A stretch of 64,000 nt of DNA, taken from contig OZ242365.1 in NCBI GenBank assembly GCA_965208905.1, positions 704,001 to 768,000 on the forward strand, given 5' to 3'. The notes beneath the pieces are model-generated. The model saw only the letters and a list, made by a program, of their open reading frames with translations, had not been told where the DNA came from and searched no databases. This stretch comes from Nitrosopumilaceae archaeon (GTDB lineage: Archaea; Thermoproteota; Nitrososphaeria; Nitrososphaerales; Nitrosopumilaceae). Of the stretch, positions 28,675-38,604 are shown piece by piece. The position numbers were made by a program, and so were the translations under genes. Position 1 is the first letter of the stretch. Each line of letters begins with the position of its first letter.

Positions 28675-31667
28675 TATGCCATCGCCTCCCGACTCAATGC
28701 TAGTACCTCGCGCAACTCTTCATTGGACATATTGGCAATCCATCCTTCACCAGTACCAACTACACTTCCGGCTATCTGTTTCTTTTGTTCGATCATTTTA
28801 TCTATCTTCTCTTCAAGCGTACCAATACACATCATCTTGCGCACCTGCACGTTTTTGGTCTGACCTATGCGAAAAGCCCGGTCAGTGGCCTGGTCTTCAA
28901 CGGCGGGGTTCCACCACCGATCAAAGTGGAACACATGATTGGCGGCAGTCAGATTCAGACCTGTTCCGCCAGCCTTTAGAGATACAACAAACACCTGTAT
29001 TGCATCATCACCACTAAAGCGTTCCACCATAATGTCACGCTGTCGCCGCGGCGTGCCCCCATGTAGGAATAACACCTCACGACCAAATGTCTCCTGAATG
29101 TGTTGCTTTATGATGTTGCCCATCTCCACAAATTGAGTGAATATCAGGGCCTTGTCGCCGGTCTCTATCACCTCCTCAAGCATCTGTATGAGTCTGTCCA
29201 GCTTACCAGAGCGTTTTGGTATTGCAGAGTTATCTCTTAGGAAGTGGGCCGGATGATTGCACACCTGTTTGAGTTTGATAAGCGCTCCTAGAATTGCACC
29301 CTTTCGCCCCATGCCCTCGGACTCCAATATGGCATTCTCTACATCCTGTAGCACGGAAGCATATAGTGTGGTCTGCTCCTTTGTCAGGGCGCAGTACTCT
29401 TTAATCTCAATCTTATCGGGCAGATCTGATATTACAGACTTGTCGGTCTTGAGTCTGCGCAGTATAAACGGACCGGTAGCCCGCCGGAGCCTATTGATTG
29501 CCTCCTCGCCTTGGCCAGCCTTTATGGGACGTATAAAGTTCTTTTGGAACTGTTCTAGTCCGCCCAAAAATCCCGCATTCAGAAACTCCATTATGGACCA
29601 CAAATCCGCCACGCCATTCTCGACCGGCGTGCCGGTCAGGGCAAACTTATAGTCTGCCGTAATGGAACGTATCACCTGTGCCTGTTTGGCGTATGGGTTC
29701 TTGATATTCTGAGCCTCATCAGCCACAATACCACTCCATTCCACACCTCGTATTGTGTCAACATCACGTCTTAGTGTGCCATAACTTGTAACAACTAGAG
29801 CATGGCTAGCAGCGTCCTTGGCAAATGTATCAGACTTTGTCCTAGAAGATCCATGATGTATCATGACCGGCATGTTGGGCGTGAAACGAGCAGCCTCCCG
29901 TTTCCAGTTATTAATTACGGATGTGGGACATACCAACAAGGCCGGCCTACCCTCTCTTCCCTCCACATCCCGTTGTATCATGGTCAGTGTCTGAACCGTC
30001 TTTCCCAGGCCCATGTCATCTGCCAGGCATCCGCCCAATCCCAAATCTCGCAGGAATGACAGCCATGCATACCCCCGTCGCTGATATGGCCGGAGCTCTC
30101 CAGTAAAGTGTTTGGGCAGATTTGGTTCTTGTATGGTTGCCTGTCCATTCAATCTTTCTATTATATCAGTAATTGTATCTGCGGATGATACCCCGCCCCA
30201 CTCCAGATCCGCAGGCATATCGCCCATTCCCAGATCCATTTTAATCATGTCTTGCAGAGATCTTTTGTTACCACCCTTCTTTAACAAGCGTATGGCAGAG
30301 CGTATCTCTTTGTGACTCACCACAGCCCATTGACCCCGCATTCTCACAAGTGGTGACTTTAGTGCAGCCATCGCCTCCAATTCCTCGATAGACATAGTCT
30401 GATCCCCCAGTGCCACTTCCCAGTCAAATTGCATCACACTGTCCAATGTCAACATGCCCGAACTTTGATTGGTGGCGCGCTGCATATTGGCCCTGGCGGT
30501 CAGCCGCCGGGTCTTATCACGTCCCATCCACCACGCGGGAAGTATAACTCCATATCCTGCCTTACTGAGGGCCTCGGCATCACGGGTCAAAAATTGGTAG
30601 GCGCCACCTGCGCTGGTCGTATACCCCACAGGCCCATCCTTTGTTATTCCATTTGATATGTCCGGGCAGATGCTGGCAGCCTGTCCCAAGGCAAGCAGTA
30701 TGTGGCCTCGTATATCCGACTCTTTAGAGTTCCATACTGTGTCGGCGGGCACCAGTAGGCTGGGGTCATCGTTGGGTTGCACCAAATATCGCACAGTCCA
30801 TTTACCGTGATCTTTGTCGGGTTCTTCAATACGAAAGCATATTCGAAAGGACGAGCCTGCCATTACGCCTATAGGTGCCTGCCATTCGCGTATCTGGCCC
30901 ACCAGAGTCTGTACTCCCTCGGCAGTACCGGATATCGTGTTGTTGTTGGAGCGCAGCGAATGCAGCCACGCATCATGGTCACTGTCAAAGCGGGCACGGT
31001 GACGTCGATAACTCTTAGAGTCCGAGTGTACTGTGCGTACCAGATAATCAGTCATGTTCGATATTACATTCCACAACACTGTGACCGCGGGCTGAAAGAT
31101 AGTTTCCTTGTCTTCGCCCCATGTCAGGGCGCGCCCCGATGCGGGCATTTTGGCAGCGGCCACATCCATCCATTCGGCATCCTCACCCACAAATGCAGGA
31201 TTCCATACCCCCTTATACTTTTCATCAAAATGGGGTATGGCATCGGGCAGATACTGCTGTCTTGCAACCATTGAGATGGCCTGCCGTAATATGTGTGTCC
31301 ACCACGCCATATCTTCACCCACTATAACGCCATCTTTCAGAGTTCTCTTGCCATATGCCGTGCTCAATATCGCTATACTTTCGGCCATAGAGAGGCTTAG
31401 AGTTGCAACCTTCCAGGGAGCAATACGTTTTGGTGTCGCGCTCATTTCACCAAGCATGCCACTAGAAGGTACCGGGGCATCATCCGCGGTGGGAAGCCAT
31501 GCCACTGCCACTGCATCCTTACTCTTCTTTAGTATTGGAGATGTCTCCCGGAGCTCGTCAGTGGTAGCCGACAAAGGATGTTTGCCTTTTTTGGCTTTCG
31601 AGTCTTTGGATTTTTCAGCCCAGAGTACAAGCGAGTCCAGTATATTGGCCATATGTAGTATTAACAT
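28674..31667 (-). CDS. SNF2-family helicase/ATPase
   Basis: LRPYQ, LADDMGLGKT, DEAQ, LTGTPVEN, QATDRAFRIGQ. Confidence 0.95.
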   Translation of the reverse strand: MLILHMANILDSLVLWAEKSKDSKAKKGKHPLSATTDELRETSPILKKSKDAVAVAWLPTADDAPVPSSGMLGEMSATPKRIAPWKVATLSLSMAESIAILSTAYGKRTLKDGVIVGEDMAWWTHILRQAISMVARQQYLPDAIPHFDEKYKGVWNPAFVGEDAEWMDVAAAKMPASGRALTWGEDKETIFQPAVTVLWNVISNMTDYLVRTVHSDSKSYRRHRARFDSDHDAWLHSLRSNNNTISGTAEGVQTLVGQIREWQAPIGVMAGSSFRICFRIEEPDKDHGKWTVRYLVQPNDDPSLLVPADTVWNSKESDIRGHILLALGQAASICPDISNGITKDGPVGYTTSAGGAYQFLTRDAEALSKAGYGVILPAWWMGRDKTRRLTARANMQRATNQSSGMLTLDSVMQFDWEVALGDQTMSIEELEAMAALKSPLVRMRGQWAVVSHKEIRSAIRLLKKGGNKRSLQDMIKMDLGMGDMPADLEWGGVSSADTITDIIERLNGQATIQEPNLPKHFTGELRPYQRRGYAWLSFLRDLGLGGCLADDMGLGKTVQTLTMIQRDVEGREGRPALLVCPTSVINNWKREAARFTPNMPVMIHHGSSRTKSDTFAKDAASHALVVTSYGTLRRDVDTIRGVEWSGIVADEAQNIKNPYAKQAQVIRSITADYKFALTGTPVENGVADLWSIMEFLNAGFLGGLEQFQKNFIRPIKAGQGEEAINRLRRATGPFILRRLKTDKSVISDLPDKIEIKEYCALTKEQTTLYASVLQDVENAILESEGMGRKGAILGALIKLKQVCNHPAHFLRDNSAIPKRSGKLDRLIQMLEEVIETGDKALIFTQFVEMGNIIKQHIQETFGREVLFLHGGTPRRQRDIMVERFSGDDAIQVFVVSLKAGGTGLNLTAANHVFHFDRWWNPAVEDQATDRAFRIGQTKNVQVRKMMCIGTLEEKIDKMIEQKKQIAGSVVGTGEGWIANMSNEELREVLALSREAMA

Positions 31668-31776
31668 GTTATGAGATCACACATGTATGATATTTCAAAG
31701 TATCTTTTAATGGACCTGTTCAATCTTCAACTGATCCTCCAAATCACTCAAAAATACCAAAAAACAATCGTACTTG

Positions 31777-31971
31777 AAAGTAAATGTTAGTCCATCCAAA
31801 GACACGTATGTCGGGCAGACCTCTTACTGACAATTGACTTCGAGTCCTCGTACTTGAATGGGGCGAATTGAGCTGCGACTTTTGTGGGCGTCGGTTATCC
31901 GAGAGGATGCAGGCAGCTCTTATGTATCATTGCAGTCGCCTGCTTGCCGGTACTGTGAAAAAAGGAGGTGA
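31777..31971 (+). ncRNA. Orphan IS110 non-coding left end, candidate bridge RNA (copy B)
   Basis: Homologous to 27512-27709; stops right after AGGAGGTGA with no recombinase following. Confidence 0.6.
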
Positions 31972-32006
31972 GTGTGTACCTCTAATGCTCACAAGCACAT
32001 AATAAT

Positions 32007-35000
32007 GTGAAATACATATGCAAGTTTATGTGGACGTGGTTTGCGTTTGTATTGCTTATCATATCTGGAGTGTCTATCCCTGTATTGGCGCTCGAGTACC
32101 CTGATTTTGCGCAAGATGCACCCAACTACACATCAAATATAGTACAGTTTGATCCCAGCACGTTTCAATCGTATAATCTACACCGCTATATCACAGATAC
32201 TGGTATAGTGGTGCAGGATGACTCTTGGCCAAATGTACTATTTGGCGCCATGCGTGACATAAAACTGACACAGCACAATCAGGCAGCAGATATAGGACAT
32301 GTTACCGGCTCCACAGTTGCCAATAATATGTATAATGCCACCGGTAAAGGTGTTGTAGTGGCCGTAGTGGACTCGGGTGTGGACTTTTCCAATCCAGACC
32401 TGATACATGCAATAGCCAGGGATAAGAACAACTATCCTATAATGCTGGACCCTGACGGGCAGGGCATAGTGATAACAAATGCAACCTTTGCATCCAACAT
32501 AGATGACAACGGTATAATACGAAATATCGAAGATATTGGAAATCACACATCAAGAGTGTATGTGGATGACGCCGGCGTATATCTGGATGTGTACCAACAA
32601 GGGGTGGGAACCGAACTAGCTGTATACAATACATTTTACCCAATGCTGGGAAGTTCGCCAATACTGACAGGTTTGATGGATGATGATTTGAAGATCGGTG
32701 ACAACAACCGAGACTTTATACGGTCCCAGAGCGGAGTGTATCACTTTGGTGTCGCACTGTTACTTAGTGGGAATCAAATTCTGGTGGTACCATTGTTGAT
32801 AGTGGATTCGCAGACTGCTGGCATATATGATACAGTAATACCTGACATGTCTACATCCTGGGCAGACTTTATGCTACGTATAGGCTCAGATGACTCTCCA
32901 AAACTAGACTTTGACTTTACTGATGAGACGCCCATCATACTGGGTAGCGGAAATGAAGTACTAGTGTATGATCACAATGATGATGGCTACGGAGACTATA
33001 GCGCTGGCGTGCTGGGCGCCCGAGTCTTGGATGTATATGGTGCAATATCAAATACTACTACCCCTGACGACTACATCACTGGGTCCATAAATGCAACACT
33101 ACTAGAACCTCTGGATGTGGACGGCAATTATCTAGGTATAATGACTGACTATAGTTACCATGGCACGGCAGTGGCTGGCGTCATATCATCTAGAGGCAGT
33201 CAATCGTATGATATATACAATGATACTGAACTTTACACAATTCCAGGAGTCGCTCCTGATGCCAAAATATTACCCGTCAAGGCGTTATGGTATGGTAGTG
33301 TCGAATACGGCTGGCTGTGGGCTGCTGGTATGGAGAATGATGGTGGTGGATGGGAGTACACCGGCGAGGAACGCGCTCATATAATAACGAACAGTTGGAG
33401 CGTACCTACATTTCCCAATGTAGAGGAGGCGCCCGGCTATGACCAGCTATCTACATTAGCCAACACATTAACCACGCCCGGCGCCCTGCATCAGAACCAT
33501 CCTGGTGTAGTAATGATAGCCAGCGCCGGAAATTCAGGTCATGGATATGGTACCATCAGCTTACCTGGCGCTGCATCATTGGTATTATCGGCCGGAGCGA
33601 GCACCAGCTCTGCATACGTAAACACTCCGATATTTGAGGGACAGCCTCGATTTGGCAACTCTACCATACATGATAATCATTTGGTGGACTTTTCCAGTAG
33701 GGGTCCGGGTATAATAGGTGATACAAAACCAGATCTGGTATCCATGGGAGCTTATGGTTTCTCACTTGGTATGGTAACCAAAACTGATGTAGACTCCGAA
33801 GACGAACCATACAGACTATTTGGAGGTACATCCATGTCTGCACCCCTGATTGCTGGAGTTGCTGCCATTATAATCGAGCAGCTAACAACAAACGATATGC
33901 CGTATACGCCATTTACAATAAAGAATATACTAATGTCAACTGCCAACGACATGGGAAATGACCCCCTTGTACAGGGGGCCGGACTTGTAAATGCAACCAG
34001 AGCATCTGAGTATGTGGCCGGTGATGGGCCGTTCCTGGTCACTAATGATATGTCGTATACAAACATTCGTGAGGCGACACTACCTGCCATCCAGTCATTG
34101 AACAATACAATATTTGGAATTGATCATATTGCAGTACCGCCAAAGTCGTACCCCATGAGTAGTTGGTTTGCTGGCCATCTACAACATAACCAAAAGAGTG
34201 CAACTACATTTACAGTAACAAATCCCACAGACCGGCCCATCACAATACAGGTACAACCACAGACCGTTTCAATATTACAGCAAGGAGATGTGAATCTAAC
34301 CACTATCCCCCGCCAACAAGATATTGTAATGAACGATGATGGTGTATATGCCCCCAATTACGTACTGTTGTCGGATGTACGACAGACATCAACACTATCT
34401 GAGATATTTGCTCCCAACGACATACCAGAGTCCTCACTCTTGGTCTTGAATGTCAACTTTGACTTTGATGAATTTCTAAACTCTACTGCAGATGTATTCG
34501 CCGATGACTTTGTAATATCCTCATTATATCTATACGACTGGATTGATCGTAACGGTGATGGCGAGATAGAGGCTGGCGAGCTGGCCATGGTGAATAGAGC
34601 TGGAAATTGGGGAACTGTCCAAGAGATGAGAGTATCACATCCGCATCAGATATTTGACGGCATACCCGTTGTGGGGGTATACCCGGTACCTGTAAAGGCA
34701 TCATACTGGCGTGGGATTACCGATGTCAACGCCACTGCCATGGACTATACAATTACCGCCACATACTATGATAGGGTACACTGGCCGGATGTGTGGCTGG
34801 AGTCCAGCAGTATTGTGGTGCCTCCACAGTCCGAATATACAATAAACGCTGCCATCTCGGTTCCGCCCAACGTGGACAGCGGCATATATCAGGGATTTGT
34901 CACGTTCATGTCAGATACACATACAGTAAACGTACCTGTGTCATATGCTGTCACGCAACCAGTTACAGATGGTATGATACACCTTGTATCGGGCAATGAT

Positions 35001-35441
35001 GACAATGATACACTACTGTACTCACCTGGAATGGTACGGGGTTCATTTGATATGTCCGGGCGATACATGGCCGGAGAGTGGCGCCACCAATATGTGGATG
35101 TGCCCGAGAATGTCACCTCGGGTGTGATAGAGGTATCCTGGCAGTCCAATAATACCAGTATAGGAGTCTTTGTTGTAAGTCCTGAAGGAGACATAGTACA
35201 GAGTAATGCCAATCCGGGTGTCTTTGGACACTTTGCAGGCTGGCCTTCGGATGACTGGCTAGGATATAGCGTATTTAGCGAGGGTGGCGGATTCTTCCCG
35301 GTCAGCGGATGGAACGACACATCTACTACATTTAGTGTATTGATTGACGAGCCTGGCATATACTCGATAATGACTCATACAACACTATATGGAGGAGAGT
35401 CTCCTACCGAGCCCATTGTGATAACGGCTAGATTCGACTAG
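32007..35441 (+). CDS. Secreted S8 subtilisin-like peptidase
   Basis: VDSG, HGT, AGN and GTSMS catalytic motifs. Confidence 0.92.
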   Translation: MKYICKFMWTWFAFVLLIISGVSIPVLALEYPDFAQDAPNYTSNIVQFDPSTFQSYNLHRYITDTGIVVQDDSWPNVLFGAMRDIKLTQHNQAADIGHVTGSTVANNMYNATGKGVVVAVVDSGVDFSNPDLIHAIARDKNNYPIMLDPDGQGIVITNATFASNIDDNGIIRNIEDIGNHTSRVYVDDAGVYLDVYQQGVGTELAVYNTFYPMLGSSPILTGLMDDDLKIGDNNRDFIRSQSGVYHFGVALLLSGNQILVVPLLIVDSQTAGIYDTVIPDMSTSWADFMLRIGSDDSPKLDFDFTDETPIILGSGNEVLVYDHNDDGYGDYSAGVLGARVLDVYGAISNTTTPDDYITGSINATLLEPLDVDGNYLGIMTDYSYHGTAVAGVISSRGSQSYDIYNDTELYTIPGVAPDAKILPVKALWYGSVEYGWLWAAGMENDGGGWEYTGEERAHIITNSWSVPTFPNVEEAPGYDQLSTLANTLTTPGALHQNHPGVVMIASAGNSGHGYGTISLPGAASLVLSAGASTSSAYVNTPIFEGQPRFGNSTIHDNHLVDFSSRGPGIIGDTKPDLVSMGAYGFSLGMVTKTDVDSEDEPYRLFGGTSMSAPLIAGVAAIIIEQLTTNDMPYTPFTIKNILMSTANDMGNDPLVQGAGLVNATRASEYVAGDGPFLVTNDMSYTNIREATLPAIQSLNNTIFGIDHIAVPPKSYPMSSWFAGHLQHNQKSATTFTVTNPTDRPITIQVQPQTVSILQQGDVNLTTIPRQQDIVMNDDGVYAPNYVLLSDVRQTSTLSEIFAPNDIPESSLLVLNVNFDFDEFLNSTADVFADDFVISSLYLYDWIDRNGDGEIEAGELAMVNRAGNWGTVQEMRVSHPHQIFDGIPVVGVYPVPVKASYWRGITDVNATAMDYTITATYYDRVHWPDVWLESSSIVVPPQSEYTINAAISVPPNVDSGIYQGFVTFMSDTHTVNVPVSYAVTQPVTDGMIHLVSGNDDNDTLLYSPGMVRGSFDMSGRYMAGEWRHQYVDVPENVTSGVIEVSWQSNNTSIGVFVVSPEGDIVQSNANPGVFGHFAGWPSDDWLGYSVFSEGGGFFPVSGWNDTSTTFSVLIDEPGIYSIMTHTTLYGGESPTEPIVITARFD

Positions 35442-35444
35442 TAA

Positions 35445-35933
35445 CTAAAACGGCGATACTACTGTTGGTGTACCAAGTGCAAAGACTACCGTATACGTCA
35501 AGACCCATATGAACAGAAACAGAAAGATATAACTGAATATACCCTGCGTGACAATCTTCTTTCTGTCTGACTTTGGTAGCGGTATACGCATGGATTTTGC
35601 CACAAATATGGTGGCCAGAAACAGTAATGCCATATATCCAATGGCGGCCCAGCGCCTCTCCTCACCCTCTACGGACTCAAAGATAAAGACGGCTGTCACT
35701 CCTGCAACTACTGCTAGTATGATTCGCAGCCAGAACAACTGGTCCAGCTTGCGGTTCTTGTCTAGCACATCAAAGTCTTTTACATCTGTGGGAGGCAGGG
35801 CACCCTCATCTATTGGCTGTGGTTTTGTGATGTCTTCTCCGGGGTCGGCAGGTTGAGGTTCTTCCTTTTCTATGGGCTTTGAGGGCTTATCGGGAAACCT
35901 TGGCGGCGACTTGCGTTTTTTATGTTTGGCCAA
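35445..35933 (-). CDS. Three-TM membrane protein, EMC6/Rab5ip-like
   Basis: Charged N-terminus; LFWLR...AG; three TM helices ending FLFIWVLTYT. Confidence 0.55.
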   Translation of the reverse strand: MAKHKKRKSPPRFPDKPSKPIEKEEPQPADPGEDITKPQPIDEGALPPTDVKDFDVLDKNRKLDQLFWLRIILAVVAGVTAVFIFESVEGEERRWAAIGYMALLFLATIFVAKSMRIPLPKSDRKKIVTQGIFSYIFLFLFIWVLTYTVVFALGTPTVVSPF

Positions 35934-35960
35934 TACAAAGTATTATCCTTTGCACTAGTC

Positions 35961-36485
35961 TTAATAGCTTTTGTCTTTTGAGTCTAAACGACGATCCTTT
36001 TTTACTGTATGATTGACCTTACCGTGTACGCGTCCAGTTCCCTGACACACCTTGCACGTGTTTATCTTCTCTATAAAGAGAAATCTACGCGTTATGTATC
36101 CGCGTCCATCACAGGATGTGCACTTTATTACATTGCTTGATTTTGGTTTGTTCTTCTTTTGCAGTGCTGCCTGACGTCGGGCGGCCTTACCGGGCTTGTA
36201 CGGATTGACTCTGGTCTGACGTGCCGAATTACTCTTCATCGTTCCATCATTGTTGTAATACTGTGGATACTCTGTATCTTGTGTGTCTGATTTATCACCA
36301 GGCTTGTGCTGTCTTTGTATGTAGTCCCAAGAGTGTCTTATGCGTTGAAGGTGTTCAGCAGCATCATCAGAGTCATTTCTGTCTGGGTGGTACTGCTTTA
36401 CCAACATACGATACTGCTGCTGGCACTCCTCATATGATGCCCCCCGCCGGACTCCCAACGTTTCATAAGGATCATAATCTCCCAT
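35961..36485 (-). CDS. Small J-domain protein with one zinc centre
   Basis: DPYETLG...YHPDRN; two CxxCxGxG motifs. Confidence 0.85.
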   Translation of the reverse strand: MGDYDPYETLGVRRGASYEECQQQYRMLVKQYHPDRNDSDDAAEHLQRIRHSWDYIQRQHKPGDKSDTQDTEYPQYYNNDGTMKSNSARQTRVNPYKPGKAARRQAALQKKNKPKSSNVIKCTSCDGRGYITRRFLFIEKINTCKVCQGTGRVHGKVNHTVKKDRRLDSKDKSY

Positions 36486-36536
36486 TATTATACTACATTT
36501 TACATATGGTATATTAGTACATGTTGGAGACCTACG

Positions 36537-37838
36537 TCAACGTAAGATGCCGGCCTGCGTTATCACAGATGTTGGCGGTGAACCGCCATTCAGAGGAGCT
36601 CTACTGAGATGTTCCTTGATGGTTGGACTTTGACGCCCATCCTTTGGACAGCCTGTGCCGGCCATCACGTCGTTAGCACTTGGGGGAAGCGTGCAAGTGC
36701 CAAGATGTATCTTTCCTCTCAAGACCACTCCGGCCTTGGTTTGCAGTGAATAAACGGCCTGCGCACGCTTACTCCACTGCACTGCATAAAAAGTGAATAA
36801 TATATTGAATGCCGCGTTTATATCAGCGTGCACCAGAACACCACAATCATGACACCGAAACTTACTGCTTTTGCGACATGTGTTTGTGCTGCCACACATG
36901 CAACATAGTTGTGAGGTGCCTTTCTGGTCTATTTCCATGTACTCGGTGTTATGTTGCAAAGCCTGCTGCGCTAGCAAGGCCCGCGCCTCACCACACTTAC
37001 TTTGTCGCATCAATCTATTCTTGGCTTTCTGACCCTTCCCTTTTGTGGTCATGGTGTGGAGATTCATGCCCTCCATGATGATTTTGTCACACTGTCTCAT
37101 CAGTTTCTTAGAGAACTTGCGCAGCTGGTCTTTCTGCTTATTCTCCATCTTTTTGTAGACTGATTGTAGCTGTGCATGCAGGCTGCGCCACTTGTGAGAA
37201 TAAAGTTTACAACGAGACATCTTTTTCTGTATTCGCGCGATATTCCGCAATGTGTCCTTCTCTCGAAGCGTAAGCATGGCAATACTGCCGTCTGACTTTC
37301 CAACAATAAGTGTGTGCTTGCCACCCATGTCAATCCCCGCATGTATACCGGTCGCTACGCGGTCCGGTATATGTTCACGTATAGTTACATGTAGTTCAAA
37401 TTGCCTTTCCTTATCAGCATGGTTTGTAACATCCACAAGCTTATATGACTGTGATGTGTGGGGGAGTGTACCTTTCTGCAGTTTGAAGGGCATGTTGCAC
37501 CTTGGGAGGTACACTATATCATCTTTGGACTTTTTACCCAACGGTATAGCGCTGTACAAAGGATATATCTTGCTCCCGTACTTCACATGACTGCAGCCTT
37601 CCATCGCGTGGCCTTCCTGGATTGCGCCACGAACCCAGGCCTGGGGAATGGTCTGAAGCAGTGTTGCTATTGTCATGGTGTCAAATACCGACAATCCAGC
37701 CCGCCGCGCCTCAATCCCCGCATTGAGCCACATATGTGATTCAGAATACATGGAGTTAAAGTACTTGGTGAGTTTGGTTGATGTCTTTAAACGGTACCGA
37801 AGGGTTCTAATAACGTATTGTGTACCATTGTACTTCAT
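36537..37838 (-). CDS. tnpB: TnpB RNA-guided endonuclease (copy 3)
   Basis: AGIDMG, IME, TSQLCCMC, CHDC, HADINAAFNI; shares VDVT...FELH with copy 2. Confidence 0.92.
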   Translation of the reverse strand: MKYNGTQYVIRTLRYRLKTSTKLTKYFNSMYSESHMWLNAGIEARRAGLSVFDTMTIATLLQTIPQAWVRGAIQEGHAMEGCSHVKYGSKIYPLYSAIPLGKKSKDDIVYLPRCNMPFKLQKGTLPHTSQSYKLVDVTNHADKERQFELHVTIREHIPDRVATGIHAGIDMGGKHTLIVGKSDGSIAMLTLREKDTLRNIARIQKKMSRCKLYSHKWRSLHAQLQSVYKKMENKQKDQLRKFSKKLMRQCDKIIMEGMNLHTMTTKGKGQKAKNRLMRQSKCGEARALLAQQALQHNTEYMEIDQKGTSQLCCMCGSTNTCRKSSKFRCHDCGVLVHADINAAFNILFTFYAVQWSKRAQAVYSLQTKAGVVLRGKIHLGTCTLPPSANDVMAGTGCPKDGRQSPTIKEHLSRAPLNGGSPPTSVITQAGILR

Positions 37839-38004
37839 ATATGGTTTATCACTTGGTGATATTTAAGCGTCTTGCCTGACTAACATCTATACCACAGACT
37901 GGTATGTTAGTTTGGTCACTGCACCACCGTACACCAGGTCACCAAGATGCACCAGTTCCGAAAAGAACCAAGATTTATAACCAAATCGACTCGTATATAT
38001 ATAG

Positions 38005-38604
38005 ATGGCAGAGGTACAACAAACCGGTGGTCTGTCACGCCGTGATTTTCTAAAACTGATGGGTGCTGCTGGAACGGGATTGGCGTTTGCACCCTTTGTG
38101 CCTTGGGGAAATTTTATGCCAAATCCCAGCGGAGCAACCCTAGAGAAGGTTCCCGTAGAGTTGCCTGATGGTACACAGGCAAATGTAAAGACATTTCCAA
38201 CCAATTATGCCGAGGTCATTACATATCCCAAGACCGGCGACAGGGTACTAGACGAGGAGGCATTTAGAAAGTGGCAGTTCATAAGACTACCAGAAGAGAT
38301 GGGGGGCTCTGCCAATGATGTATCGGCCTTTAGAGCGTTCTCCATGGTCTGCCTGCATCTGTGGTGTCTGTGGAAGTACTATCCATCTGAAGATAAGAAG
38401 AGGGGTGAATGCCCATGCCATGGTTCGATATATGATCCCATAACTGGTACTGCTGTGGCCGGACCCGCATCCCTGCAGGCGGCCCCTTCGGATACATTAC
38501 CTAAACTGGACTTTGAGGCTGATGCAGATGGCTTTTTGTGGATTCTTCCCCCGGTGTGGGGTATCAATGAAAATGGTGTAGTAGGATATGGCCGTCTCAC
38601 TTAG
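38005..38604 (+). CDS. Rieske Fe-S subunit of complex III
   Basis: Tat signal SRRDFLK; CLHLWC and CPCHGS. Confidence 0.95.
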   Translation: MAEVQQTGGLSRRDFLKLMGAAGTGLAFAPFVPWGNFMPNPSGATLEKVPVELPDGTQANVKTFPTNYAEVITYPKTGDRVLDEEAFRKWQFIRLPEEMGGSANDVSAFRAFSMVCLHLWCLWKYYPSEDKKRGECPCHGSIYDPITGTAVAGPASLQAAPSDTLPKLDFEADADGFLWILPPVWGINENGVVGYGRLT

